NCBI GenBank assembly: GCA_976226885.1
Contig: OZ320313.1
Coordinates: 105,896,001-105,960,000, forward strand
Reading direction: 5' to 3'
From: Iphione sp. A-MEVVRFRX5
Lineage: Eukaryota
Length of the DNA: 64,000 nucleotides
The notes under the pieces are model-generated. The model saw nothing but the letters and a program-made list of their open reading frames with translations, was not told the DNA's origin and did no database searches. A program made the translations under genes and the position numbers. This document shows, piece after piece, positions 24,621 through 37,400 of this stretch (the first letter of the stretch is position 1; each line of letters starts with the position of its first letter).

Positions 24621-25596
24621 TTATCTGGTATCTGGCAAGGTATCATTGGAGATACATGTACATGGACTAACACTGTAATGGTACTGAGTCGTTGAAAGTG
24701 TCATGGCTGGAGCAAATGAGCCAGATTCAGGTGGCTATATTAAGGTACAAGTGGTAGCCCATCTTCCCGTCCCATAAAAATAACTGGCAGCTAGATGGTG
24801 TACTACGAAGTCCGGTATTCACTAGCATTAACCTAGTAATAGTAGCTGTAGTTCATTGATGCCTAATTGATACAAGTAGGTAGGAATGCAAATGCAGTCC
24901 TCGGACGGTGTAGAACGTGATTCTAACTGATTATAGGGCAGTAGATGCTTGTTATTCCTCCTAGTGAGCGTTGTACGGCTAGAGACTCCAGACAGCTTTT
25001 ATTCCCTTCGTTGGTAGTCCTCCCTACGTGCGTGTGCCTGTGTGTAAAGATTCAGCTCAAGTCCTCTCCGCTCGAAAGTGATTCATTAGGCTGCGGGTAT
25101 TACACTGGGAGCATTTAATTAGCAGGCTATTGCAGGCAATGTTTGGTGCCCATGAATGGTAAAGTCAATTAACAGTCTTTTCTTCTAGACATACATATGT
25201 AAATATATTCCAGGGGAAGTTACCTTGTACTGCCGCAGGTAGAATTCAACAGTCGGACGGTAGGCGAAGTCGGAACTTTGGGCGTGTGGGTTACGGCCTC
25301 ATTACGGAAAATAAAAGCCTCCGCCTACGTCAGTGATGTCTTCTCTGCCACGTGTTAGTGGCACCATTGCCGTACAATCGATCACTTGGAAGTGGTGTTG
25401 GTAGAGTAAAGGATCCATAAAATGTTGTTGTTGATGTTGGTGCTACTTATGTCGAACCCCAGTGTTTTAAGTACAGCGTATGTTACCATTTCCCAGTCCG
25501 CTGGGATAGACAAATGACTGACTGTGAGCATTGGTCTACTGCTCGGACACCAGCCAATATCTATAAATGCTGCCTGTTGCTGTTGACGTCGCACTG

Positions 25597-25648
25597 TCAT
25601 CGTCGTCGTCGTTGTTGCTGTTGTTGTTGTTGCTGCTGCTGCTGCTAC
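25597..25648. repeat. Compound trinucleotide repeat (CGT/TGT/TGC)n
   Basis: catcgtcgtcgtcgttgttgctgttgttgttgttgctgctgctgctgct. Confidence 0.9.
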
Positions 25649-26353
25649 TGTCGTTGATCCCGGGTGTGTGTTAGTCCGCTATACGGATCCAGCTCATAGG
25701 CAGTGGTGCTAACACTGCTGGCCGCTCCAGACAGCCGCCTGCACAAGACCGCGGCCCCCGCTATTACTACTACCCCGACCGTGTCCGACCACCTGGCCGC
25801 CTGCGTCTCTCTGCCTGACGCCGTCCTCACCGATTGCCAACCGCGCCACCTGCCGCTCAGCGTCGACGCGACGCCTGGAGGAACCCCCTCGCGGGCGCCA
25901 TTCTCCACCCTGGTTACGCCCGATCGCCCTCCCATCCGCCCGCCTGCTGGTCCACCAGCCCTCCCCCCCCACACACGCCAACACACCCACAGAAACATCC
26001 TTACCAACGGCCCTATCAGCACAGGTCTGCCCCAGAATCTCTACCAATATGCGAACACCGGGAGGCACTGGTCCTGCCTGATAGGTAACTTTACCCACAC
26101 CTGCACAGCCTCCTCCCCCCTCCCGCCTCTACGGCCGCGTTCTCATCTCCGGAGCCAATAAGTTAGCCGTGTACAGCGCCAAACAAGTGAGGGAACAGGT
26201 TGATATAGAACCGCGGGGTCACTACGTCGGCAGGTCTGCTTATCTTTCACTTTTGTCCAATCACTGTAAACCACTGCCTTAAACTATACAGAGAACGTGC
26301 AAATACATTGATTTAAGCCGCGTATCTATATGTCTGGATGTGTATTTGAAGGT

Positions 26354-26426
26354 CCAGAGATTTGGCAAATTTTCTGAATGACCATGGATGCCCAGTTTTC
26401 ATGTGTCCAGTGCTCTCTCCCTCTCA

Positions 26427-26487
<61 letters not shown>

Positions 26488-26565
26488 CTTGGTGTATGTG
26501 TGTTTTTGTGTGTATGGTGTGTAGGTTTTTGTGTTGATTGCACGAAATTTCACCCAAATCTCTGG
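26354..26565. mobile_element. Small element with about 20-bp imperfect inverted repeats enclosing a (CT)n microsatellite
   Basis: ccagagatttggcaaattt (26354-26372) versus aaatttcacccaaatctctgg (26545-26565). Confidence 0.4.
26433..26481. repeat. (CT)n microsatellite
   Basis: Direct reading. Confidence 0.98.
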
Positions 26566-29500
26566 GTTTCTTTTGCTGATTGCAAAGAATTCCAACCAAA
26601 CCAGATTTTTGTATTTAAATTATGTCAGAAAGTGTTCCATTTCCCTTCCCTACTGTTCTGTGGGCATCCAGAATCTGGAGAAAAACAAGCATTGCCCATT
26701 TTCAAACCACCTCTGGACTCTGGACCCCAGACTCGGGGCCTTGACACATGGAAACAACCCAATTGCTCTGCATAGGATCATTTTCCACAATACACAGGTA
26801 CACAGAGTCCCGGGAAAAAACCTGTACACATGGAAACTCGGCATTCAAATTCGAAAGCCTAGTGGACTCTCAATAAACATCCCTAGCTTTAAAGAGACAT
26901 TAAAACGGAGATATTCTGACTAAATATAATGTAAGGAAAGGTTACATTTCGCGTATTTTCACATACAATTCTGGTCTCTATTTAGGGCATTTTTACTGTC
27001 CATTATACGTGCTTGTCTGTCGGTATCATCGACACATCTCATGTCTACGTCCTCTCGTATAATGTCCTATTTAGCTGTAGCTGCAGGGTTCTGTGGAAAA
27101 GTTGGATTCTTGATTGCCCTTCTTTAGTAGCACCGCCCCTCACCCTTCTACTACCTTCCATCCATCCTTCTCACTAAGTGCTCCAGCGCTCTTTTTTTAT
27201 ATATATATATCACCTTCCAGGCTGTTAGGACAGAACCCACCCCAATATTTCACCTCCCATACACGTATATGCCGTAACAACAGTTCTCTATTCACCGCAC
27301 TATTGTTGCGCTCACCTTTCTGTGTAGCTGCAATATTTCTAAGCCCCGCCTTCCTCGCGCCTGCAGCCCTCTGCCCACCGTTACACACAAAGTGCCCCCT
27401 CCCCACCCGCCTCTATATTTGACTCCCTGAGCAGTTCGTCGGCAGCCGCTTTTGGATGGTTCCAAGACAACCAACAGACATACTTAATGACAGAAGGCAA
27501 ATGGCGGTGTAACGGAGGGGGAAGCATCAGTTGCCATGACAATACCAGCCGGCCCGGCATTGGTGATTAGACACCTTGTGAATGGACGTCAGACGGAACG
27601 AGGAAAAGCGGAGGACAGAAATGCTCAGTGGGAAGGGGGGGCGGGGTACAGGATAACTTATAGGCTGGGACGGGCCTGCACATGAAAGAAATATCCCCAC
27701 ACTATAGGTGTGGGTGGCCTCTATTTGTGTCCTTACACTCTGGTAGGCTTAGAAGGGGAAGCTGCAAAAGTTCTCGTTCGTCTCATATCAGGCAGCTTAG
27801 TGTCAATGTCTGGCCCTCTCCAGTGCACATGTCCGTGCTTCTTACCCGTTCAACAGAGGGCACTTCAAGATGCTCATCAGGCTGTCCCTCCCTAGCGGCG
27901 CATACCCTACCACCAATGTGTGACCCTGCTGTACTCCACCCGCTCCCCAACCCTTACTCCGACCAACGAACACTTCTACATCGTCCAGCAGCCTCGCGCC
28001 AGTAAGGTCGCCGCGGGCTTAGTCGTCCCCAGTGGGAGAAGGGGCGACCTAAGCCGGACATCGTGCCACACCACCTGACAGCCTGAGACTTCCACAGTCG
28101 CACAGCCTGTCTCTACTGTCAACCTCAAAAGTGACGCTCATGTGATGTGCTTTTAAACCCCGTGACCCTGACATCAGCAAAGTCTTGGTCAACATAGCTT
28201 TTCTTGGTCAGTCCTATCGATTCCGACCATATGCAACTCATTGTCCACCATATTATTTGGTCCTTTCCTATTTTATCATTGCCTTTTACTCCTTTCATAA
28301 TCTTCGGAAAGGGATGAATTGTAGCGGCCCAGGTAATGTGGTTATCTTTTTAGGTGGTAAAACCTGATTTCTATGGAGAGAGAATATCACTCAATTCACG
28401 AGAATCAAGGACTCAATATTTCCTATACTGCATGTATTTTATAATAATTTGAACGGTTACACGGGCGATTTAGTTTCAAAGCCGCTGTGCCAAGGTCTCC
28501 CATATGGTCTCTTTCTATATAGAAATATAAATTTGTTTTATCAAAACCTGGTGTCTCCCCCGGTCTGGTTTCCTCTGTAAGCTAGTCTATAGCCGAGAGT
28601 TGACCGTATGTGCTTGGTTGTACGTACGGTACGAAACCAGTAAGCTACACTATGATTGGCCGATGCTGATCCTGATTATAGCAGTCTTTATACCTTCTGC
28701 CCCCCCAGGTCCCCATCCACCTTCAACCTGGCTGCCAACTTGTCTTGGGTCCTGACCAAACTAAACAAGGCCACACTGACCACCAAACGATGAACCTGAT
28801 CTTGACAGTCTGTTAGGGCTGGCAAAACACCCAAATCCTCCTATTTACCGTGGACTGCACTTGCAGCCTCATCGTGCAATTGTAATTTCCTGCCTCTCAA
28901 TGCTGCCATTTCTTGTCTTAGCTACTCTATATTCTGTGCAATAGAACCTGACAACTGGGGATATCCAAGCCAGGGGACACCCTTAGACTGGTTACACTTT
29001 TGGTTGGACCAGCATCATATTTGCAATACATGGTACCTAAGAGGATTGGGTAAATTATCTGTATGGGGACACTTTTATTCTAGGATTCAAGAGTGCCCTC
29101 AGTTGTGAGGTTCAACTGTACTCTCAAGCCTACCATACCATTGTCCCCTCTTGCCTTGGTGCCCCCCTCTCACAATCCCCTGCCATGTAAGACCTGACAG
29201 TCGTTTTCTTCTCCTGTCTGGGGACCTCTGACATTGCCCCGTGCTCCCATTTCTTGATCTGGTGGCCTCCACACTGCGTCCTACTGTCTTCTTTTCCCGT
29301 GGCACAAAAGCCAATCCTTTCCCCTGCCCCAGCGTCCCCAACCATATATATACTGTTATTGTATGCACCCGGTGGTTCTTTACATTGTTTCCTGCTCATT
29401 CTCTCCTCGTATCCCCCCACACACTCCCTTCATCTTTCCTCGCAGTCCCCCACACTACCCGCAGCTCTTTCCTTTAAGTTCTATGTCCTACCTGACTATT

Positions 29501-32500
29501 ACCAATTCCTGGCCCTGCTACCCCAATGTTACTTGTCATGCCCTTCCTCCCCAACCGTACCATTACCCTCTCCCGCCTTCCCTACCCTATTATACATACA
29601 ACTGCTCTCTCCTACATTATTACTCTTCTACAGACCGCTCTCTTCGACCTTATCGTACTATGGATTCTTGTAACCTATTCCTACCCATAACCAATCAAGC
29701 TCTACTGTTACCTTCTTCTGCTCTGAATCCCAACTGTTGGGTTTGCCCAGATTCTCCGACCCACGCAAGTCTTCCTGCCCGCTAAAGGCCGACAGGACCA
29801 CGTACGCTGCTTTCACCTTCCTGCGCTGCTCCTACATGGCGGCTGTTTAAGGCTGCCATTCATCACGGTGCCCGCCCCACAACCTTGGAGGCCGCCGCCG
29901 ACGTCGCCGCCATAGAGGAAAAGGAGGGGTTGGCAAGCGGGGGAGGGGGCCGCCGCAGCAGCCAACAAGGCATTGGGCGGCGCCAGGGGATGGTTTTGCG
30001 CCCGTGATCCGATCTCCATAATAGATCATAATGTGGCCGTGCCGTCTGGTAGCAGAGACAGACCACGGCGTGTCTTGTATGATTGTCAGTTCTATAGCAC
30101 CGTGTCGACCCCGTTAAACCATTGCTTGGCTTCTTCTGATGTCCTGGTTCTTTTCAAGGCAATCAAATGTGCGTCATCATGGGAGGTGAGCCCCTTGTCT
30201 ATTCCATCTCGATGCTTGTTATGGCGTAACCCCTCCCCCCGCCCCTGTCTGCTCACGGATGCTAAAGCCCCTGAAAAGTAGGCGGAGGAGATGGAGGAGA
30301 AAAAGGTCCTTTTGTTTCAAAATGCATTGATCTAGAGGCATGGCACAACTGTCACACGGTGCTCAAACCAGAGAGGGTAGTGAACTTGGCGTGTGTGCGC
30401 GGACCAATAGGACATATGTCATGGGCCGCTTGCAAAATGCATCCTAGGGTAGTGTCTATCAGCTGAAGAACAAAGGGAGATATCCGATGCTTACATGACC
30501 ATTAAACCAACGGACCATCGTCGCTGTCAATTTAACCTCGTTGTCACGAGCTTAAAGCGCTATCTGCTAGCTGCTATTTTCCTGGTGAACGTCTCCCTAC
30601 CCACCCAACCCTCCCACTCTTTCACCCTCTCTCCCACCCATCCACCCACGGGAACAAGTCCTGTCGGGGCTTATCCTCTTATAATGCTGCCCGCTCTTTG
30701 ACAGCATCCATTTAATTGAGCCTGACACTTCGCTAGCAGAAGCAGCAGTTCAGTGAACTTATTACCTTCTTCATTTGAAGACAATAGAATTTAAAGGCAG
30801 CGTCTTCTACAATGACGCCTATCCGTCAGGTTCCGTTTTTCTACCCGTACCTGCGGGAGTTTTGCTGCGAACATCTGTCTTCTTTCTTCCCGTATTATCG
30901 CCGAAGCCTACGTCCCACTGTCACAAAGGACTTTATTATATAAAAGGTGCTCATTAAGTCATCAGCTAAAGTATCACATCACGGGAATTCAAATATTTTT
31001 GCTGTTTAGAATCGTAATGCATGGTAATTATTAAGAATAATTCCTATGCATGCTGTGGATCTCTACAAAATGTAAATTTATGTCTAGCAGTAGATCAATG
31101 CTGGATATTCATCACAAACGGGATGCTTGTTCGAGGTGTACCGTTTTGCATACTGAATCATAAAAATCATATTTTAACGACAACGATTCTTAATCGTAGA
31201 ACATTGTGAACGTCGATGGTGGTATTTTGAAGTGCACGGGCTATGAAATCCGCCAATATACGTTGTATTGATAATCAGCACTAAGCTAAAAATAAAACTT
31301 CAAGAGAGTTAATAGAAATCAAGAGATTTTTTAAAATGTGTGTACTGAACATTAGACCGTGGAATAACTTTACTTTTTAGGAAAGCCGCTCATAAAATTG
31401 CGTGCCTGTGTCTGATGGCTGTGCCAGATGTTGAACTGATACCATCAGTAAATACATCAGGCTCTAATGTTGTCGTGGCGCCCTGCCATTCCGCCGTCAA
31501 CAGTATTATTCTTGCAGCATTGCTTCTTCATGCAGGTCATGCATTACAGGAAATACTGAATTTACGTGCGGTACACAGTCTTTCCTCTCAGGCTAGAGTA
31601 CTCAGTAGCCCTGCGTGAGCAAAACAGCCTCTTCCCATTGAGACTGCCGGGTACTCTCTGCCTTGATTAGGAAGCGGAATCATTATATATAGAGTTGGGC
31701 TTTTATTATAGGGGAGAGGCGGTAGAGTAGGTTGACGGAATGTACGGAACTGGGGCGTCTGCTTATAAATGCAACAATTATCTCCAGACCTATTACGTGG
31801 GCGGTATGAACATTACCCTAATAATATTAGACGCCATCTTTTCATCTTCAGGAGAATTAAATCGCAGGTTATGCTATCGCTGTACATTACAGTGTTCGCA
31901 TACGTTATGCGTTATGATAATGCTACTCTACCGAATGGGTTATGTCACAATGCACGCAACACCATATTAAGGTCCCATTTATCCAAACAAATCTGTTTTC
32001 AGAAACGGTACCCGACAAACGAGGTATCCGGATTAGCAAGCCAGTTGATCATCGAGGCAGTTGATTTACAGCTTGTTACCTCTTGATACTGAGGCAATCA
32101 GATAAGAGGGTTACAGTTAAGTAGGATCTCTTTGGATCCAATTCTCTGCAGCCCATATCGACTGACACCCCCACACGTCATCCTCAAAGCCTCTTCCTAT
32201 ATGGATATTGATGCAAAAGTAAATGACAAACCACCTTTGACTGATTTGGGAACTGCCGGTCACTTTGCCCTGTTGGGCTCAGTAATGTTAACTCCTCGAC
32301 TCATGCGCAGGTAGTACTTCTTATTTATTCCTGATACTAAGAGAGCTGCAACCTACCAGTCTTCGCCAAATAGATCTCTATATGAGCATATAAGTCATCA
32401 AACCTTTCTCCTTTGGTATGCGACTCTGCATTCTGTCCTAATTCAATCAGCAATGCGTTTGCTTGCTTAATGGTAACAGCGACAGGAAGATGAACGAATA

Positions 32501-33769
32501 CACATAATCCATTCATTTGCAATCAGTGCCACTGTTAGCTAATTAGCAAAATCATCAAGCATTTCTGTGGTGTTTTCGAGTGGTACCATTAATGTTAACT
32601 GCCAAAGACCCATGTGTTTCAAATGTGAACTGCTTTGTATATTAAGAAATACTTTTCGCAGATTATCTTTTTTTCTATCCGATATATGCATATGGCCACG
32701 CTGTCCAGATATCTGCTTCCAAGAAGGGCACTTTCTACATACGAAGTCAGAGGTTGCGTTGCTCATGTGCAACTGATTTGTGAGCAAAGGACTATACATT
32801 TCATGTTGGATCTTAACCTTTGACACCATGAATCCCTAACGTTGTTGCCTCAGCTAACGAGACCGCACCGAAGGACACTCCTGTCCTGGCTCGTATGCTA
32901 TTTATATCTCTGAACGTTGTATAGATAGAGACTGTGGAAGCCTTACTTCGAGGGGTCGATAAGACAAGCTCTGTCCTAATGAAGGCAATTGGATCGGACC
33001 CCGCTATGCAGACTAGCATTGCAGCGCTGAGCTGGAACAGAATACATAATCATTGTCAATTGAGTAGCTCAGCCTGACAAGAGGCGACCAGTGAGGTGTC
33101 AAAGGTTAAGGATAGGGGCCTCCTCCTCACTGTTTGGCTGATCCCAGCTGTCAATATCACGCCACCCCATCTGCTATCTTTCACCTGGCAATCCCCTAAT
33201 CGATCTGCTGATCACAGTTCCACGACCCGATCAATGGTTGCCCTCGGCTGCGTCTGGTCTGAGACGGGTTGGGGGAGTTGGTGCTGTTGCTTGCAGGAGT
33301 AGTGGGAGGGGGGGGGGCGAGGATAGTTTGCGAGAGTGCAGGGGCTCTGATGCCGGCATGCTTACTTTCATACAGATGCAGGTACCCATGATTTGGTTGA
33401 GTTCAGCCAGACAAGGCATGAATGGCCATGACTGAGCTAAGTTTGAGTTTTGCTAGAAATGGGGGGAGGGGGGCTCTGCTGGGGCATCAGGGCCTGGATA
33501 TAGGTGGTGTTAAGCAGGCCATGACTGGGACTGGACTGCATGCGGTTGGGCACAGAGGTACCTAGGTAGAACTGGGGCTGGTCTATGCAGGATGATGATA
33601 GGGAAATGGGCCTGAATGGGCATGGCCATATTTAGCAGGGGCTGCCCTTCCCCAGCCAGGTCTTGGATTTACTGGGGGCTTGGGCTGCATCTTGCTACAC
33701 CAGAATGAGCCCGTCCGGGCAGGGATGGCGCAATGCCACTGACTGCAAATACCCTCTGGTGTGCTTGCT

Positions 33770-33845
33770 AACCAACTTACCCACCCAGCCATCCACCAAC
33801 GAACGAACCAACTAACCAACCAACTAACCGACCGACCGACCGATG
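33770..33845. repeat. Tetranucleotide tract (ACCA/ACGA/ACCG)n
   Basis: accaacgaacgaaccaactaaccaaccaactaaccgaccgaccgaccga. Confidence 0.85.
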
Positions 33846-36800
33846 AAGGAGAGGGACGGATGCCGGTGGCGATGGTCGACCTGCCCGCAGGACCAGTTGG
33901 AAGCTGGCTGGCTGCCTGGGCATCGCCTCAGTCCGCTGACCTTTTACTTAAAGAGAAGACCGGCACGATAACGATAGGTGTCAATACCCCTGACGGCAGC
34001 TGACAGCTGCAGAACCATCACTCCTCCACGAGATATAGACCGCGGCCTGCCACCTACTCACTCTCTATATAGCACCTAACCCACCCACACACACACAGCC
34101 ACCCAACCACCACCCCCCTCCGCCGCCAAGCCACAGCTACCTCACTGCCAGACCATTTTCTAACGAGCGCCCCCCCTTCCCCAACGCCACCATGCTCTGA
34201 GTTGATCGAAGAGCAATTTCTGTAAATTGGCTATTGATTACGCCTAAGCTTCTTTTATTTTGTTTCTGACCTCAGTGTTTGGTCATATCGCATCGGTACT
34301 GACAATGAGGGTCTGGGTGCCGAGGAGGGTACGTCATATGGAGTTATTTAGGAGGGCGGAGTGGGGAGGCCGAGGCTGGATGGATTGATATTGAGGCCCT
34401 TGGGGCAAGGAGGCAGGCGTGCGGGGCGGTACGACGGAGGATGGGTGCGTGTGTGCGTGGGTGCGTGTGTCTGCCACACTATCAATTTATCATGTGAGAC
34501 CGGTGTGCATGTAAGGCTAAGATTGTGTTTGTGTGTGCAAGTATGTGAAAGGTTGTTTGTTGGGAGGTATGTTTAGGGCAAGTGCGTGAGAAGGGTGTGT
34601 GAAAGTGGATATTGCATAGAGTGGATGTGTGAGTGGGTCCTCCAGGGACGGGAGAGGGGTCAAGAGAAGGTGACTGCGTGTCTGTAAGAGTGTGCGTGAT
34701 GTGGATATCTATCTCAGTAGGTGAATGTGTTGGGAATGTAGGAGAATAGATGTTGATGATAGGGTGTAGCTGTGTGTATGAAGGTGTGTATGTGTGTGTG
34801 TGTGTTCGGTACACAGGGATATAGGGATGAGAGAGCGGGGCAGGTGTGTGAGAACGTGTTGACCAGCTATGCATAAATACATGTGTGTGATATTGGCTAC
34901 AGTTCTCATATAGATGCAATGACAAAACAAAGATAGTGGACCTTCCAGGTCTATTGTCCCCCACCTCTACCACCTATCGCCACACTTGCATAATGAATTT
35001 CATGTCTGAGTGTGCACAGTTGACCAACACAATATTGCATCCCACAGAGTGAGTATATGTGTTTGTGAGCAGAGTACGTGGTAATGTCATCTTTAAGTTA
35101 CATCAAATCAAACAGATATAAGCCAGTAGCATGTGTCTACATGGTTGAGTATCATATCGAACTATTTGACTCAAGGGACTTGGCGTAATGAGAACCACAA
35201 GGCTGACAGAGGGTCAAATGAGCAGAAAGCAGTGATTCTAAGGCCCCCCAACCCCACTGGAAAGTGGTTGTCATGCTTTAAGTATATGTGTATGTAGGTA
35301 TTATGATATGACTGGGTGAGTGCCTATCCAGAAGTTAGAAGAATGAAAAAGGCAGCATATGTCGCGAAATTAACCCTGGAAGAAGTTAGTGGGAGGTAGA
35401 ACATTGATCGTAGCCCATGTATGAACGTAAATGAGCATGCAGAAAGTCAGATTTATTGGACAGACTTTGAAATATATGAGATAGGGTGCGTCGGGATATT
35501 TCAATTTGGGTATATGATTCTCGTGATATATTGGAAAGGAAAAGTGGAAAGCAAAAGGCAAGAGTGTTTTTCACAGTGTATGGGGATAGGCGAGTTTAGA
35601 GATGATAGACGGATGAAACGTGGAGAAAGTGGCTGTAATTACGAATGAATGTCTGTACGTATGTAAGCAGGAGTGTGCCTATGTGAGTTAATGTATTTTA
35701 GATCTCTGTGAATATGTCTCGATGTACATTTGTCTTCTGTGTGGATGTGTCTGTAACCAGGGGCGTAGGGTTAAGTTGCGAGGATGAATTGGGGAATAGG
35801 TGATGAAGGTGGGTGTTACGAATGAATTGTGGAAAAAAATAGGGAAAATACGTCTACTTGTTTCTAGGTAGTTCAAACGATTTGATGAGTACAAAACTGG
35901 TGAGGATGGGAGTTAAGATTGATGAGTAGGTCAGACGGAAATGTATTTCTATAAGGTGACATCGGACGAGAAGTTTAAACTTTAGGCCAGCCGATTTGAA
36001 CTCGGTATTGTGGACAAAGGAGTATGTATATGCGGCCTGTTCGGACGTGTTCACTTGTGGGCCAAGCAAAAGAGGTGTGTCGTAATGGGTAGGAGTAAAG
36101 AAGAGACCCGGTTAAAGACCACATTACAGGGGAGGCCGTACCAGGACAGATACAACATTCCTAAAACCAAATGATTCATTTTACTCTAGTAGGTGTAAAG
36201 AGACCAAACACTGGAAGACACCAAAATTGGCCATTCCCGGACGTGGTCTCCTAAACGAATCTCAGCTGTACGTTTAAAAACTATGATATTGGATATTTTA
36301 TCGGTACGGAAATGTGTGTTGTGGACAGGCATGTTTAGGCGGAGAGTGTAGGATGTTTGTCTGGTGAGATGTGAGGAAACAGCCCTTATCAGTAGAGATA
36401 TATGGTAGAAGCCCTCCAATACGGCCACATTTCGGATTAAAACTGACCTTAACAGGGAATGGCATTCTGATGAAGGTTTTTTAAAAAAAGTATATGAAAT
36501 ACCTATATAAAGCTTTGCTCTGGCCATCACCGACGGTATACCTGAGCTGACCTTATCATAGAGGTGACCGTAAGAAGAGTTTTCACTGTATGTAGGTGTT
36601 GTGGAGGTACATGTGTGGCTGGAAGGACACCGCAGGACTGACATTAAGAATACACAAGGAACATTTACGAGAATTTGTAAAAGGTCTTTACCGTATGGGA
36701 AATACATGTTGTGACGGTTCAAACTTGGATGGATGGTCAGTTCGGAGTATGGAGCAAACTTAGCCCGACGGGTCATCGTGCCGTGGGCGAGGTTGAGGGT

Positions 36801-37345
36801 CGGTTGAGCACGCCGCCAGGCGGGCGGGCAGGTGGGCCGCTAGCTGGCGGCACTGATGCATCATGAAACAGCTGAGATTGCGCCTTTGGCCTCGTCTCTC
36901 GCACCCTTCAATAATGCACTGTTGACTGGCGGCTTGTTGGACTGTGCGCACTCATCTGGCCTGACAGGCTGCGATAAACACAATAAGAACGATGTGCCCC
37001 CCTCCCTTTTCACCCACTCCCAAATCATGCGCCATGGACTCCAGCACATTTAACACTAGAGGTTCACATATGGGAGGAAGGGTTGCAGGGGGTGGTGGTC
37101 TCGATGTGCCTGAGCATGTTTCTAAGTGGGTGGGAAGAGACAGGATAGAAAAATAAGCAGAGAGAGACAAGCATTTCGCGTAGGCATTTAAGCAATTGAT
37201 AAGGAGTAGAAATAGTGTACATGTACTGGGGCAGATAGAGTGAGATGCTATCCATGTCAGCCTCTGTATCTGGGTGAGAAAAAAACCCAGTGGAAGTGCG
37301 AAAGGAATCCAAGGCCCTAGGCCGCTTTAATGCTGTAACAACTAT

Positions 37346-37400
37346 CACCACCACCACCACCTCCTCCTCCTCCTCCTCCTTCTCCTCCTCCTCCTCCCTC
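37346..37400. repeat. (CAC)n-(CTC)n compound trinucleotide repeat
   Basis: Direct reading. Confidence 0.95.

Noticed and set aside
28648-28656. CACTATGAT, like the start of a ProtoRAG/Transib TIR as I recall it
   Set aside because: Only 9 nt; no downstream TIR element, partner TIR or RAG-like ORF.
30047-30057. tggtagcagag, like a tRNAi-Met primer-binding site
   Set aside because: Not preceded by an LTR-ending CA, no LTR pair or gag/pol, and similar words occur elsewhere.
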